Shown here one piece after another: positions 1 through 11,240 of a stretch of 64,000 bases of DNA. The notes beneath the pieces were generated by a model. That model did no database searches, was not told where the DNA came from, and worked only from the letters and a program-made list of their open reading frames with translations. The stretch is from NCBI GenBank assembly GCA_044440125.1, contig JBITAJ010000022.1:128001-192000 (forward strand), read 5' to 3'. A program made the position numbers and the translations under genes. Origin of the DNA: Sedimentisphaeraceae bacterium JB056 (GTDB lineage Bacteria > Planctomycetota > Phycisphaerae > Sedimentisphaerales > Sedimentisphaeraceae). Numbering within the stretch: position 1 is the first letter of the stretch; the number at the start of each line of letters is the position of its first letter.

Positions 1-1623
1 AGCAATAGGTATCGGCGAGTCTCCGATAAAGTTTTGCAGACAATGCCCCTGACATTGATCCTCAACAGGACAAAGCCATGCACATACTTCCGGCAAAACA
101 TTGGCTTCGCGTATTATCTCGTAAGCACCTCTTTCATCACCATCAATAAACTTCTTTATAAATGCCGGAATATTAATACCAGCAGGACAAGCTTGCTGAC
201 AAGTCGGCTCTGGGCATTGTAAACATTCGCTGTCAAGCCTGACGAGATTCGCCTTATCACCCATACGTCCGCTTTTGAAGATCGGGCCATAAATTTCATT
301 GTCGCGTACAACGCAACCGGCAGTCTTGCCATCACGCATAAGCTGCGTACATGCGCTGCAAGCCACACAAACCTGCTTCGGATCAAATTCACCTTTTTCA
401 AGAACATCTTTTGCAAAATTCGGATAGGCAAAACCCTGTCTTCCAAAACCGATTATTTTTGATGTTCCATTTTTCTTTGCTGCCGCAGCAACATAGCAGC
501 CTGTTTCACGCAACCAACTGTAACCTGTACCGACAAATGTCACTTCAGGGAATTCGGTTTGCATTTCTTTGGCAATATTTAAAAGACGCTCAACACCTAC
601 AAGCGGATCCTCCGGGTCAGGATAAGCACCCTTGATTGGATGGTTAAACGGCCTTCCTACATGCGGATTATAGTATGGATTGGCGATTGTGAAGTTTATC
701 ATTTTCAACCCACGCTCTACCATAAGCTTGAGAAGCTTCTTGGGCTCAGTGAGATCAGGCTTTGTATAATCTTTCTCATCAACACCCCAGCCATAAGGAT
801 AAGGTATTGCATCGTAAAAGCCAAGTCTGGCACCGATAAGTTTATCTTCGCCTACAGCCTCACGTATCTTCTCTATAACCTCAAGTACAAAACGAGTTCT
901 ATTCTCAAAACTTCCGCCGTACTTACCTTCACGATTACGCGAAGCAAGCATTTCATTTACGAGATAACCATGACAGCTCTTAATATCAACTGCATCAAAA
1001 CCAACCTCAAAGGCAAGCTTGGCCGCTTTTACATAAGCAAGCTGAAGATTATCGAAGTACTCATCTGTCAGGATTGAATGCTCACCCGGAATATTGCTTG
1101 GACGTGTTGTTGTAGGGAAAGCTTCCGGGATTAGCGGATCACGATAAGGATCTCTTTCCGGAATCAGAGGTTCTGCAATGCCATTTGGCTTGCTGTATCT
1201 TCCCGAATGAGTAAGCTGGGCAACGATTACCGGATTGTGGTCAGGGCCCATAGACTCTGCCGCTGCTTCTCTTGCCTGCTTTATCATATCAGCAAAAGCT
1301 TCTTTAGTACCCTCATGCAGCCACAACTGGCGAGGATTAGCTCTGCCCTCGGGAACTACCGCAATAGCCTCTGCCCAGATCATGCCTGCACCACCGGCAG
1401 CAAATCTTTTGTAACGACGAATTGTCAAAGGCCCCGGCTTACCTTCATTAGTACCATCAGCACCCTCCATAGGATGGATAGCCATTGAATTCGGAGCTGT
1501 AACATTACCAATTTTGACAGGTTCGCCCAAAACAGAAACATCTTCAGAAATATCTATATTAACTGATGCTTCTTTACAACTATTTTGAAAATCACTTATT
1601 GATTTCAAACTGTTTTTTTTCAT
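1..1623 (-). CDS. NADH:flavin oxidoreductase (Old Yellow Enzyme family) fused to a GltD/DPD-type Fe-S domain; 3' end runs off the window
   Basis: Absent from the ORF track; translated by hand. The frame is open from the ATG at 1623 to base 1. OYE motifs: HPMEGADG, GGAGMIWAEA, QLTHSGR, GFDAVDIKSCHGYL, YGGSFENRTRF. These are followed by CVACSACTQLMRDGKTAGC (4Fe-4S), then CLQCPEPTCQQACPAGINIP and NVLPEVCAWLCPVEDQCQGHC (Fer4_20-like). Confidence 0.85.
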   Translation of the reverse strand, partial: MKKNSLKSISDFQNSCKEASVNIDISEDVSVLGEPVKIGNVTAPNSMAIHPMEGADGTNEGKPGPLTIRRYKRFAAGGAGMIWAEAIAVVPEGRANPRQLWLHEGTKEAFADMIKQAREAAAESMGPDHNPVIVAQLTHSGRYSKPNGIAEPLIPERDPYRDPLIPEAFPTTTRPSNIPGEHSILTDEYFDNLQLAYVKAAKLAFEVGFDAVDIKSCHGYLVNEMLASRNREGKYGGSFENRTRFVLEVIEKIREAVGEDKLIGARLGFYDAIPYPYGWGVDEKDYTKPDLTEPKKLLKLMVERGLKMINFTIANPYYNPHVGRPFNHPIKGAYPDPEDPLVGVERLLNIAKEMQTEFPEVTFVGTGYSWLRETGCYVAAAAKKNGTSKIIGFGRQGFAYPNFAKDVLEKGEFDPKQVCVACSACTQLMRDGKTAGCVVRDNEIYGPIFKSGRMGDKANLVRLDSECLQCPEPTCQQACPAGINIPAFIKKFIDGDERGAYEIIREANVLPEVCAWLCPVEDQCQGHCLQNFIGDSPIPIA

Positions 1624-1910
1624 TTTATAAATCCTTTTTCTTTTTTTATAAACAGACTTAATAACAATTATACAAATTACAGACTTCTTGTCTTAGCGAA
1701 TACAGAAAATACAAAATTGCGTTTCGGGCTATTCAGTCGTATATAACACCAAATAAAGGCTTTATGCAAAAACAAAACATTCAAACATGGACAGTAAAAA
1801 GTCTAAAAAGACTATTAGCAAGTTTCTTTGAAGAACAAATTCAACCGTCAATAAAATAGAGTTTAACCAACACGATTCAAAAAAAGAAAAGATTTTAACC
1901 AAAAAATAGT

Positions 1911-1938
1911 TTGACATATCATACTGATTAAATACAAT
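1911..1938 (+). promoter_or_regulatory. Putative sigma70 promoter of pckG
   Basis: TTGACA-N16-TACAAT about 70 nt upstream of the ORF. Confidence 0.5.
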
Positions 1939-2010
1939 CTGCTGGGTTTGTGCCGTAATCTCGCGGTACCGGTCTGTAATCAAATGTTTTATTAACTATT
2001 CAAGAAAACT

Positions 2011-3861
2011 ATGGAAGGAAAGACAGTGAACTCACTCGAATTTCTAAAGTCCAAAATGGATGCAGCTCAGTATGAGAAGCTGGCTGCATTGAACAATGCA
2101 AAACTCAACGATTTCATCGCAGAATCAGCAGAGATGTGTACTCCTGATTCAATCTATCTTTGTGATGGATCCAAAGAAGAGTATGACACTCTTATGAAAG
2201 AAATGGTTGACAGCGGTCTTGCTATCGCTCTCAAGAAGCGTCCTAACAGCTTCCTTTTCCGCTCTGATCCTTCAGACGTTGCACGTGTTGAAGGTCGTAC
2301 TTACATCGCTTGTAAGGATAAGGAAAATGCCGGTCCTACAAACAACTGGATCGATCCTGATGAGCTTAAGGTAACAATGAGAGAACTCTACAAGGGTTGT
2401 ATGAAGGGTCGTACAATGTACGTCATTCCGTTCTCAATGGGTCCTGTAGGATCACCTATCGCAAAAATAGGTTTTGAGATCACAGACAGCGCTTACGTTG
2501 TTGACAACATGCACATCATGACTCGCGTTGGCGACAAGGTTCTTGAAGTACTCGGAGATGGCGACTTTATCCCATGTCTGCACTCTGTAGGCAAGCCTCT
2601 TGCTGAAGGCGAAAGCGACAATGGCGTATGGCCATGTGCTCCTGTTGAGAAGAAATACATCTCACACTTCACAGATGAGAATCTTATCTGGTCTTACGGT
2701 TCAGGTTACGGCGGAAACGCACTTCTCGGTAAGAAGTGTCTTGCTCTGCGTATCGCTTCTACAATGGCTAAAAAAGAAGGCTGGATGGCTGAGCATATGC
2801 TTATCCTTCGTCTTACAAGCCCAGAAGGCAAGCAGTTCCACATTGCAGCAGCATTCCCAAGTGCTTGCGGTAAGACAAATCTCGCGATGCTCGAGCCTAC
2901 CATCGAAGGCTGGAAGGTCGAGACCATCGGTGATGATATTGCATGGATGAAGATAGGTCCTGACGGATCACTTCGCGCGATCAATCCTGAAGCTGGTTTC
3001 TTCGGTGTTGCTCCAGGAACAAACTACAAGACAAACGGTATGGCTATGGATTCTATCCGTGCTAACAGCATCTTCACCAACTGTCTGCTTACAGATGATG
3101 GCGACATTTGGTGGGAAGACGGCGATGAGCCATGTTCACACGGTATCGACTGGAAGGGCAACGAGTGGACACCTGAATCAGGCGAAAAGGGTTCTCACCC
3201 GAACGCACGTTTCACTGCTCCTGCAAGCCAGTGTCCTTGTATCTGCCCTGCATGGGAAGATCCTAACGGCGTTAAGATTGACATCTTCGTATTCGGTGGA
3301 CGTCGTAGCTCTGTTGTACCTCTGGTATCTGAAGCTCTTAGCTGGGATCACGGTGTATACATGGGTGCTACAGCGGCCTCTGAGCCAACAGCTGCTGCAC
3401 TTGACGTAAAAGCCAAGCTCCGTCGCGATCCATTCGCAATGCTTCCATTCTGCGGTTACCACATGGGTGACTACTGGGCACACTGGTTCGAAATGGGCGA
3501 CAAGCTCGGCGATCAGGCACCAAAGTGCTTCTATGTTAACTGGTTCCGCAAGTCACCAGAAGGCAAGTTCCTCTGGCCAGGATTTGGCGACAACAGCCGT
3601 ATCCTGAAGTGGATGTGTGAGCGTGTAGAAGGCAAGGTAGACGCTGTAGAATCTCCAATCGGTATGATGCCAAAGATTGAAGACATCGATACTACAGGTC
3701 TTGATCTTTCACCTGAAACACTCAAGGATATCCTTGATGTAGATGTTGAAGCATGGAAGAATGAAATTCCTGAAGTTAAGGAATTCTTCACCAAGTTTGG
3801 TGACAAGCTTCCTGCACGTATGGTAGCACAGGTTGACGGTCTTGCTGAGCGTCTTGGCTAA
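2011..3861 (+). CDS. pckG: Phosphoenolpyruvate carboxykinase (GTP)
   Basis: Motifs [55 protein letters not shown]. The real start may be the GTG at 2026. Confidence 0.97.
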   Translation: MEGKTVNSLEFLKSKMDAAQYEKLAALNNAKLNDFIAESAEMCTPDSIYLCDGSKEEYDTLMKEMVDSGLAIALKKRPNSFLFRSDPSDVARVEGRTYIACKDKENAGPTNNWIDPDELKVTMRELYKGCMKGRTMYVIPFSMGPVGSPIAKIGFEITDSAYVVDNMHIMTRVGDKVLEVLGDGDFIPCLHSVGKPLAEGESDNGVWPCAPVEKKYISHFTDENLIWSYGSGYGGNALLGKKCLALRIASTMAKKEGWMAEHMLILRLTSPEGKQFHIAAAFPSACGKTNLAMLEPTIEGWKVETIGDDIAWMKIGPDGSLRAINPEAGFFGVAPGTNYKTNGMAMDSIRANSIFTNCLLTDDGDIWWEDGDEPCSHGIDWKGNEWTPESGEKGSHPNARFTAPASQCPCICPAWEDPNGVKIDIFVFGGRRSSVVPLVSEALSWDHGVYMGATAASEPTAAALDVKAKLRRDPFAMLPFCGYHMGDYWAHWFEMGDKLGDQAPKCFYVNWFRKSPEGKFLWPGFGDNSRILKWMCERVEGKVDAVESPIGMMPKIEDIDTTGLDLSPETLKDILDVDVEAWKNEIPEVKEFFTKFGDKLPARMVAQVDGLAERLG

Positions 3862-3883
3862 TTAGCTATCAGTGAATAAAATT

Positions 3884-3922
3884 AAAATGGAGTACAGTTA
3901 CTAAGCTGTGCTCCATTTTTTA
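3884..3922 (+). terminator. Intrinsic terminator after pckG
   Basis: AAAATGGAGTACAG-loop-CTGTGCTCCATTTT followed by a T run. Confidence 0.8.
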
Positions 3923-3998
3923 TTTTAAATCAACAAATCTGCTTCCATTTTACCTAAATACAATTAAGATATTACCAATTGATATTAAGAGGAAAATA

Positions 3999-4619
3999 AT
4001 GGCCAATAAGAAACAAACAAAAAAGACGTCAAATGTCACAAGAAACTCATTTATACCTCGAATAGTAAGTGCTTTAATATTCTTTCTTTTCGGCGCATGG
4101 ATAGGTAATGGCGGTGTAAATATCAATGAAGGCAAAATCTCCTTCACTCCTCCGAATATCCAACACCTTATCAGCAAGATACAAGGAGAAACGAATAACC
4201 TCCCTGTAAAAACCAAACCAGCAATAATAAAACCAGTAACATCTTTTTTCGATGATGGATACGGCAACTGTACAGTAAGTGAAATAATAAGCGTTTACGA
4301 TGGCGATACTTTTAGATGCAATATAGACGGACTGCCTGACATAATAGGAAAGAACATAAGTATTCGCATAAGAGGTATTGATACTCCAGAGATGAAAGAC
4401 AAGAACCCGTACATTCAAGCGAGAGCCATTGATGCACGGGAATTCGCTAAGCGAAAACTACTTTCAGCAGAAACAGTTGAACTCAAAAATATAGATCGCG
4501 GCAAATACTTCAGAATCCTCGCAGATGTTTATGTCGACAAGGAAAACCTTTCAGAAATGATGCTTAAAGCTGGTCTGGCAAATCCATATGACGGCGGCAC
4601 AAAACAAAGCTGGGAATAG
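3999..4619 (+). CDS. Membrane-anchored thermonuclease (SNase family)
   Basis: N-terminal hydrophobic anchor; motifs VYDGDT, IRIRGIDTPE, KYFRILADVYVD, MLKAGLA. Confidence 0.9.
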   Translation: MANKKQTKKTSNVTRNSFIPRIVSALIFFLFGAWIGNGGVNINEGKISFTPPNIQHLISKIQGETNNLPVKTKPAIIKPVTSFFDDGYGNCTVSEIISVYDGDTFRCNIDGLPDIIGKNISIRIRGIDTPEMKDKNPYIQARAIDAREFAKRKLLSAETVELKNIDRGKYFRILADVYVDKENLSEMMLKAGLANPYDGGTKQSWE

Positions 4620-4625
4620 AGGGTG

Positions 4626-5123
4626 CTAACTGACAAAGTCAAGAATCACCCGCCATTTCTCCAGTTTCTGACTATAATTCATTGAAGCGTTAGCAGGGGA
4701 TGTTGAAGGCAAACGCTCAAAGTGAATGTCTTGAAAATCTTCGACATTACTCGTTATATACTTTTTGAAAAACTTCTCAGCATTGCCGCCATTAAAGAAA
4801 ACCGCTTTGATGTTTTCATGCATCTCGATAAAGCCGGCAATATTATTGGGTCGCTCCTGCTCAATATTTGAATCAAGACTGCCCTGCCGCAAGCAACTAC
4901 TTAAAACATCCCACAACGCAATATTTCTTTGAGCAATAATTTCACATCTCTGCTTATAACTCAGCCCAATATCAAAACCCAAAAGCTCGCTTATAATAGG
5001 CCAGAACTTGTTATGACCATAAGCATAATACTGTGCCATTTCAAGCGAAGTAACACCAGGCATTGTACCAAGTATCAAAACACGGCTATGCGGCGTCTCT
5101 ATTGGTTCAAAGCTTCTGAGCAT
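4626..5123 (-). CDS. DNA-deoxyinosine (hypoxanthine) glycosylase, UDG superfamily
   Basis: Motifs LILGTMPG, QYYA..HNKFW, IALWDV, FNG, LPSTSPAN. Start overlaps the upstream stop (TAATG). Confidence 0.88.
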   Translation of the reverse strand: MLRSFEPIETPHSRVLILGTMPGVTSLEMAQYYAYGHNKFWPIISELLGFDIGLSYKQRCEIIAQRNIALWDVLSSCLRQGSLDSNIEQERPNNIAGFIEMHENIKAVFFNGGNAEKFFKKYITSNVEDFQDIHFERLPSTSPANASMNYSQKLEKWRVILDFVS

Positions 5124-6574
5124 TAGTATTTTATGTCTACAATTTCAAAATTACCCAATAAGTTTACGAGCGAAAAGAAATCTTCCGGTCTGCCGTCGCC
5201 TTCAGCCAGCTTTATATGACCACTGCCGTAGCCATCCTTTCCAATAGTAGCGTCAAGGCCTATCCACTTGCCGCCCACATAGCATTCTGTCCATGCATGG
5301 CCGCCGAAGATATTGCCATTGCCGGCAAATTGTTCGGCATAGACTACGCCACAAGCAGCCCTGGCCGGTATTCCGCTCGCACGGCACAATGCGGCAGTAA
5401 GTATTGCGTGCTCAGTACAATCGCCTTCACGACTCTCCAATATTTCAATAGCAGTAGAATAACCGGCAGAAAGATTTTTCTGGCTTATATAATCATGAAC
5501 AAACTGCTCAATATTATGAGCAGCAGCCAGACTGTCCTTTGCATCTCCGGCAGCTTTCTCAGCAAGCTCTTTTATTCTTTTATCGTCACTTTGTATATAG
5601 CCGTTCGCGGCAAGATATACACTAATGCTCTTATCATCATAACTAACCGGCACAGCTTCTTTTTTAACATCCCTGACAGGATCAACAGTAATAATGATAA
5701 ATCCATCTTCGTAAGTAACCTGTTGATTATCATCTGAAGGCACTTTAGTAGCCTCAGCCTCTGGTTTGATTTTCAATTTGTAAGTAATCGGCTTCTGGAG
5801 TGCTTCAGCCGGTATTTCTTCAGGCGAATTGAGCAAAAGACCGGAAAATATATCTGCCGGAGAATCAGGGCTCAAAGCTACCTCTTTCTCACATGCTATC
5901 ATTTCTATTGTCATCCCCATGAGCCATGTACTGGTCTTGTAAACTTTAGCCTGCTCATCAGCATAGCTCGTCTCCCGCACATCACCAGCACCAGGTATAG
6001 TTGTCGTTGTAACAACCTTATAAAGCTCTTTAACCCTGCCAAGCAAATCTATTTTTTCTTTATCGAATATCTCTATCTTAGCAGGAAGAGTCTGGATAAG
6101 AGCTGCATCAAAAACCTTTACATCAAACGCGCTTCCAGGCTGCATACCCTTCTCCAAAGCAAGCAACCGCAAGCCTTCTGGCATAAGAGAATCTGGTTCA
6201 AAAGAAACTACGCTGCGATTTTCTCCAGTCCTCATTACAGTCATTTTCCCACCTTCAATCTTGCCCTTTATAACCTGAGGCGGCGCATCGCTGAATTTCT
6301 GCTCAGTAACAAATCCCAAAGGCTTGCCGTCAACAGTCTCTGTAAAAAAAGTCTTCTCAAGAACTTCCATCGTAAACCCCATACGGTTTATAGTCAATTT
6401 AACCGTCTGAGATGTCTCCACAATATCGCCCTTTTGCTGCCTCTCCATGATTCCATACCCGCATTTGTGCCCATCTATATTAACAAGCATATACTCAGGC
6501 TCATCAGCATAAGCCAGAAATGAGAACACAAAGACAATCAGCAATGTTGGAATAGCAAGATAACGACAATTCAT
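5123..6574 (-). CDS. Secreted transglutaminase-like (Cys-His-Asp) protein
   Basis: Signal peptide; C-terminal GDCTEHA, RASGIPAR, HAWTECY, LDAT. Confidence 0.85.
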   Translation of the reverse strand: MNCRYLAIPTLLIVFVFSFLAYADEPEYMLVNIDGHKCGYGIMERQQKGDIVETSQTVKLTINRMGFTMEVLEKTFFTETVDGKPLGFVTEQKFSDAPPQVIKGKIEGGKMTVMRTGENRSVVSFEPDSLMPEGLRLLALEKGMQPGSAFDVKVFDAALIQTLPAKIEIFDKEKIDLLGRVKELYKVVTTTTIPGAGDVRETSYADEQAKVYKTSTWLMGMTIEMIACEKEVALSPDSPADIFSGLLLNSPEEIPAEALQKPITYKLKIKPEAEATKVPSDDNQQVTYEDGFIIITVDPVRDVKKEAVPVSYDDKSISVYLAANGYIQSDDKRIKELAEKAAGDAKDSLAAAHNIEQFVHDYISQKNLSAGYSTAIEILESREGDCTEHAILTAALCRASGIPARAACGVVYAEQFAGNGNIFGGHAWTECYVGGKWIGLDATIGKDGYGSGHIKLAEGDGRPEDFFSLVNLLGNFEIVDIKY

Positions 6575-6754
6575 AATATCTCCTCGTTATAAAATAATCG
6601 ATTAAACATAAAAATCACTAAATCATTATACGATTGCATCAAAACTTGTCAAACGGGATATGAGCAGACTTGCAAATTTAATCTACAAATACTATAATGA
6701 CAAATGTAAGAGATTATCGGAGATTTAGAATATTTTCATAGATCGGGAACTATA

Positions 6755-7546
6755 ATGGGCATATGGAATCAATACGACATTGAGCAAAACGTTTGCTATA
6801 TGATGCAGCTTGGGCCTTTATCCACATGGATAAAAAAGATAGATGACGAGATACATATCGCAACACAAAGGACAGAAGAGTCTCTATCAAACGTAACCGC
6901 AGAACCAAAATTCGAGATTTGCGAACAAAGCCCTACCGATGTTACCTGGACACGATATATAATTGAAAACAATACCAAGCTGATAAGCCTCAAGCCGATA
7001 ATGCCTGACAGAGCTGTGCTTGTGCGGCCTGAAGAGCCATTAAAGCTGCCTGCAGGCCGAAAAGCCACTTTTTACGTTCGTATCCCTATCTGGATTAATA
7101 TCGAAATAACCTCTTCCAAATCAGCAGGGCTTTGTGAAATACCTACAATCGAACAATCAAATATCTGGTTTGGCGACGCCGTCTCGGGAGAACTTTGCTA
7201 CTCTCTCCGCAGTAAAGCAAGAAGGAAATTTGTTGACTTCACCCCAATGGCACACAGGGTTATCTGTCCGGTAGTAATACAGAATAAATCAAAAGATACG
7301 ATTGACATAAGTCGAATATGTATACAATCGCAGCACCTGAACATCTATTCGGCCGAATCATTAATGTGGACAAACGATATAGAAATAACATTCCAAACCG
7401 ATGATTATTCAGGCAGCATCTTATATTCGAACAAACCATCAGAATTAAAACCCAAGGCAAAACTGCTTGCAACAGCAAGAGTCCCCAAAAAGAAAACACT
7501 GCTGAAGCGAAGCTTAGGGACCTTTAGAATATTCGGCGGATTCTAA
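6755..7546 (+). CDS. DUF432-like protein
   Basis: Pattern P.MPDRAVLVRP, FYVRIPIW, SNIWFG...SGELCY, CPVVIQN; family assignment from memory. Confidence 0.6.
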   Translation: MGIWNQYDIEQNVCYMMQLGPLSTWIKKIDDEIHIATQRTEESLSNVTAEPKFEICEQSPTDVTWTRYIIENNTKLISLKPIMPDRAVLVRPEEPLKLPAGRKATFYVRIPIWINIEITSSKSAGLCEIPTIEQSNIWFGDAVSGELCYSLRSKARRKFVDFTPMAHRVICPVVIQNKSKDTIDISRICIQSQHLNIYSAESLMWTNDIEITFQTDDYSGSILYSNKPSELKPKAKLLATARVPKKKTLLKRSLGTFRIFGGF

Positions 7547-7566
7547 CATCAGGAGAAGATATTTAT

Positions 7567-8439
7567 ATGGAAATTGCAGGTATAGACATAAGCAGCATAT
7601 TGACTGCTGAAAACATAGCAAAAATATTGCGGATTGTAATCATAGCCGGAATAGGGTTCCCGCTGTCGTTCTTTCTTTCTGTAATTGTCGGCAAAAGCAC
7701 TGCCAGAAGAGTAAGGCCTCAGGCAAACATGCTCATCAGAAAGACAATCTTCTACATAGGCGCGACACTTGTAACACTCTCACTGCTCAATCAGCTTGGA
7801 TTTAAGCTTACTGCCCTTCTTGGTGCTGCCGGTATAGTCGGTATCGCCGTGGGTTTTGCTTCACAAACGAGCGTATCGAACATCATAAGCGGATTGTTCC
7901 TGATATCTGAGCAGCCTTTTGAGGTCGGCGACATCATAAAAGCCGGTGAGACTACCGGCGTAGTATTATCAGTCGATCTTTTGAGTGTGAAACTGCGAAC
8001 ATTTGACAACCAGTTTGTCAGGATACCAAACGAACAGCTTATCAAAAATCAGGTCAATAATTACACTCACTTCCCGATAAGACGACTTGATATTAATGTT
8101 GGTGTAGCTTACAAAGAGAATGTCCCACGCGTTCAGGAAATACTTAAAGATGTCGCAGCAAAGAACATATATTGCCTGGATGAGCCCGAACCTCTCGTGA
8201 TATTCTCAAATTTCGGCAACTCTGCCCTTGAACTGCTTTTTGCAGTTTGGTGCGTTAAAACAGAATATCTCAAGCTCAAACAAAGCATAATGATAGATAT
8301 CAAAAACCGCTTTGACGAAGAAGATATTGAAATACCATTCCCGCATATCACCCTCTACACAGGCTCGGTAACAGATCCGTTCCCAATAAAGGATTGCACC
8401 CCAAAAGGTACCGGAGAACCTCTGGCAAATACGAAATAA
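7567..8439 (+). CDS. mscS: Small-conductance mechanosensitive channel
   Basis: AGIVGIAVGFASQTSVSNIISG, PFEVGD, RIPNE, IEIPFP. Confidence 0.92.
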   Translation: MEIAGIDISSILTAENIAKILRIVIIAGIGFPLSFFLSVIVGKSTARRVRPQANMLIRKTIFYIGATLVTLSLLNQLGFKLTALLGAAGIVGIAVGFASQTSVSNIISGLFLISEQPFEVGDIIKAGETTGVVLSVDLLSVKLRTFDNQFVRIPNEQLIKNQVNNYTHFPIRRLDINVGVAYKENVPRVQEILKDVAAKNIYCLDEPEPLVIFSNFGNSALELLFAVWCVKTEYLKLKQSIMIDIKNRFDEEDIEIPFPHITLYTGSVTDPFPIKDCTPKGTGEPLANTK

Positions 8440-8457
8440 GAAAAGAAGGAGAAAGTA

Positions 8458-8946
8458 ATGGAGAAAGAAAAAACATTTTATGATTTTACCGCTATTTCAA
8501 TAGACGGCAAAGACATCAGTATGGAGGAGTATAAAGGCAAAATCGTTCTTGTCGTTAATACCGCGAGCAAATGCGGCTTTACCAAACAATATGAAGGCCT
8601 TGAGGCTCTTCATGAAAAGTATGCCCAAAAAGGTCTTGCAATACTTGGATTCCCGTGTAATCAGTTTGGGCATCAGGAACCGGGGAATACTGAAGAAATA
8701 AAGGAATTTTGCAAGATAAACTACGGCGTGAAATTCGACATGTTTGAAAAGATAGATGTTAACGGCAAGAACGCACATCCATTATTCAAATATCTCAAAG
8801 ACAAATTGCCAGGCAGTCCAGGAAAAGCAATTAAGTGGAATTTCACAAAATTCGTAATAGACAAAAGCGGCAAACCAGTCAAAAGATTCGCTTCTGCCAC
8901 AACACCTGAAGATATGAAACCATTTCTGCTTGACCTGTTGAAGTAA
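8458..8946 (+). CDS. Glutathione peroxidase family (Cys-type)
   Basis: VNTASKCGFT, GFPCNQFG, IKWNFTKF. Confidence 0.95.
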   Translation: MEKEKTFYDFTAISIDGKDISMEEYKGKIVLVVNTASKCGFTKQYEGLEALHEKYAQKGLAILGFPCNQFGHQEPGNTEEIKEFCKINYGVKFDMFEKIDVNGKNAHPLFKYLKDKLPGSPGKAIKWNFTKFVIDKSGKPVKRFASATTPEDMKPFLLDLLK

Positions 8947-8974
8947 CTGTTTTCGCTCAATCAATATACACAGC

Positions 8975-9013
8975 AAAAAAAGGCGGCCGTATGAAAAATT
9001 CATACGGCCGCCT
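8975..9013 (-). terminator. Intrinsic terminator after GS-III (may also serve the convergent peroxidase gene)
   Basis: Perfect 15-bp stem AGGCGGCCGTATGAA/TTCATACGGCCGCCT flanked by an A7 run. Confidence 0.85.
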
Positions 9014-9046
9014 AAGGGCTTGTTTTACTTTACTATATATTCGTTA

Positions 9047-11161
9047 TCAACGAACAAAAAGCATATCAGCGTATGTTGGCAGAGGCCAAGACTCAGCGTC
9101 TACGATAACCTCAAGGGCATCCGCTGGTGCTCTCAATGCTTCCATAGCCGGAATAACTTCATCACGATATGCAAATGCCTTCTCTTCAGGATCTTCGATA
9201 CCAGCAGCCTTAGCTGTAGCCTGCTCAAGAGCATCTATAGCATCAGAAAGTGTTGCTACAAGATCATTAACCTTGTTAAGCTCTTTAGCCTGTGCTTTAG
9301 GCTCAACACCGGCAGCCTTAACAGAACTTACTGCTTCGCCAAGTTTTCCTGAGTACAATGTGCAAGAAGGAAGGATCATGCGCTTTGCCATGTTAATCAT
9401 AGCAAGAGCTTCAATGTTAATTATAGAAGCGTACTGCTCAAGCAATATTTCCATACGTGCTGCAAGCTCACCTGCACTAAGAACGTTCTGGTTAGCAAGA
9501 ACATCGATATTTTTCTGATCTTTGAGGCACATAAGTGCATCAACTGTATTCTTGAGATTTGGAAGTCCTCTCTTCTCTGCTTCTGCATGCCACTCATCAC
9601 AGTAACCATCGCCATTGAAGATAACCTTCTCATGAGCAATAGCAAACTCTTTAAGCATATCCTGAACTGCGTCATTAAGCTTATCAGCAGAAACGCCTTC
9701 GAGCTTATCAGCGATTTCTTCAAGTGCTTCACCAATGATAGCATTGAGTACAAAGTTGGCACCAGAAAGAGACTGTGCCGAACCAGCCATACGGAACTCA
9801 AACTTATTACCTGTGAAGGCAAATGGTGAAGTTCTGTTACGGTCTGTGCAATCCTTAGGAAGTGCAGGAAGAGTGCTTACGCCAAGCTTCAACTCGCCTT
9901 TAGCAGAGCTGCTCTGCTTGCCGCCATTCTTGATCTGCTCAAAGATAGCTGTAAGCTGTTCGCCAAGGAATATAGAAATAATCGCAGGAGGAGCTTCGTT
10001 AGCACCAAGACGGTGGTCATTACCGGCACTGGCAACTGAAGTACGAAGAAGTTCCGCGTATTTATCAACAGCTCTGATAACCGCAAAGAGGAATACCATA
10101 AACTGCATATTTTCATGTGGTGTATCGCCTGGATTGAGAAGGTTGATACCATCATCAGTACTGATAGACCAGTTGTTGTGCTTACCTGAACCATTAACAC
10201 CAGCGAATGGTTTTTCGTGGAGCAGGCAGATAAAACCATGCTTAGAAGCAATCTTACGCATAGTTTCCATAGTGAGCTGGTTGTGATCAACCGCTACGTT
10301 AACTGATGCAAACACAGGAGCAAGCTCATACTGTGCAGGTGACACTTCATTATGCTGTGTTTTAGCTGAAACGCCAAGCTTCCAGAGCTCTCTGTTAAGG
10401 TCGGCCATGAATGAAGCAACGCGATCATGAAGGTGACCAAAATAGTGATCATCCATTTCCTGACCCTTAGGTGCAGAAGAACCGAATAGTGTACGACCCG
10501 CCAAAACGAGGTCAAGACGCTTGTCTACAAATCTTTCATCAACGAGGAAATATTCCTGCTCGGCACCAAGTGTCGCAACAACTCTTTTTGTTGTTGTGTT
10601 ACCCAAAGCCTTAAGAACTCTCAATGCCTGCTTTCCAACAGAATCCATTGAACGCAAGAGAGGAGTTTTCTTATCAAGAACTTCACCTGTGTACGAACAG
10701 AACGCACAAGGTATAAACATCGTAATATTGTCGCCGTCTTTCTTAACAAAAACAGGCGATGTACAATCCCATGCAGTATAGCCGCGAGCCTCAAATGTAG
10801 CACGAAGACCACCACTTGGGAAACTTGATGCATCAGGCTCACCTTGAATGAGTTCTTTTCCACTGAATTCCATTATTACGCGGCCATCAGCGGTTGGAGA
10901 AATGAAAGAATCATGCTTCTCTGCTGTTGCGCCTGTCATCGGCTGGAACCAGTGACAATAGTGAGTAGCACCTTTTTCAATAGCCCAGTCTTTCATTGCA
11001 CAGGCAATAGAATCGGCGATCGTTACATCAAGGGGCTCACCTTCCTCGATTGTTCTTTTGAATGCCTTATAGACACTTTTAGGCAAACGCTCGCGCATTA
11101 CGGCATCGTTAAAGACGTTTGCACCGAAAAACTCGGCTACGTTTCCTGTACATTCGCACAT
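9047..11161 (-). CDS. glnA: Glutamine synthetase type III
   Basis: 704 aa; [67 protein letters not shown]. Confidence 0.96.
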   Translation of the reverse strand: MCECTGNVAEFFGANVFNDAVMRERLPKSVYKAFKRTIEEGEPLDVTIADSIACAMKDWAIEKGATHYCHWFQPMTGATAEKHDSFISPTADGRVIMEFSGKELIQGEPDASSFPSGGLRATFEARGYTAWDCTSPVFVKKDGDNITMFIPCAFCSYTGEVLDKKTPLLRSMDSVGKQALRVLKALGNTTTKRVVATLGAEQEYFLVDERFVDKRLDLVLAGRTLFGSSAPKGQEMDDHYFGHLHDRVASFMADLNRELWKLGVSAKTQHNEVSPAQYELAPVFASVNVAVDHNQLTMETMRKIASKHGFICLLHEKPFAGVNGSGKHNNWSISTDDGINLLNPGDTPHENMQFMVFLFAVIRAVDKYAELLRTSVASAGNDHRLGANEAPPAIISIFLGEQLTAIFEQIKNGGKQSSSAKGELKLGVSTLPALPKDCTDRNRTSPFAFTGNKFEFRMAGSAQSLSGANFVLNAIIGEALEEIADKLEGVSADKLNDAVQDMLKEFAIAHEKVIFNGDGYCDEWHAEAEKRGLPNLKNTVDALMCLKDQKNIDVLANQNVLSAGELAARMEILLEQYASIINIEALAMINMAKRMILPSCTLYSGKLGEAVSSVKAAGVEPKAQAKELNKVNDLVATLSDAIDALEQATAKAAGIEDPEEKAFAYRDEVIPAMEALRAPADALEVIVDAESWPLPTYADMLFVR

Positions 11162-11240
11162 ATTTTTACTCCTATCAATCGTAAAAGAAATTTAACTCTA
11201 ATAAATAACAAATTTTGTTATTACTCTACAGCCTGTCTAA

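Noticed and set aside
34..1488. Short ORFs listed in the track at the window start
   Set aside because: All are shadows of the real minus-strand oxidoreductase frame (1..1623)
3999..5123. Nuclease plus glycosylase as an anti-phage system
   Set aside because: The genes are convergent, the nuclease looks membrane-anchored/exported, and there is no defence-island context
8458..8946. Selenocysteine in the glutathione peroxidase
   Set aside because: The active-site codon is TGC (Cys) and there is no in-frame TGA
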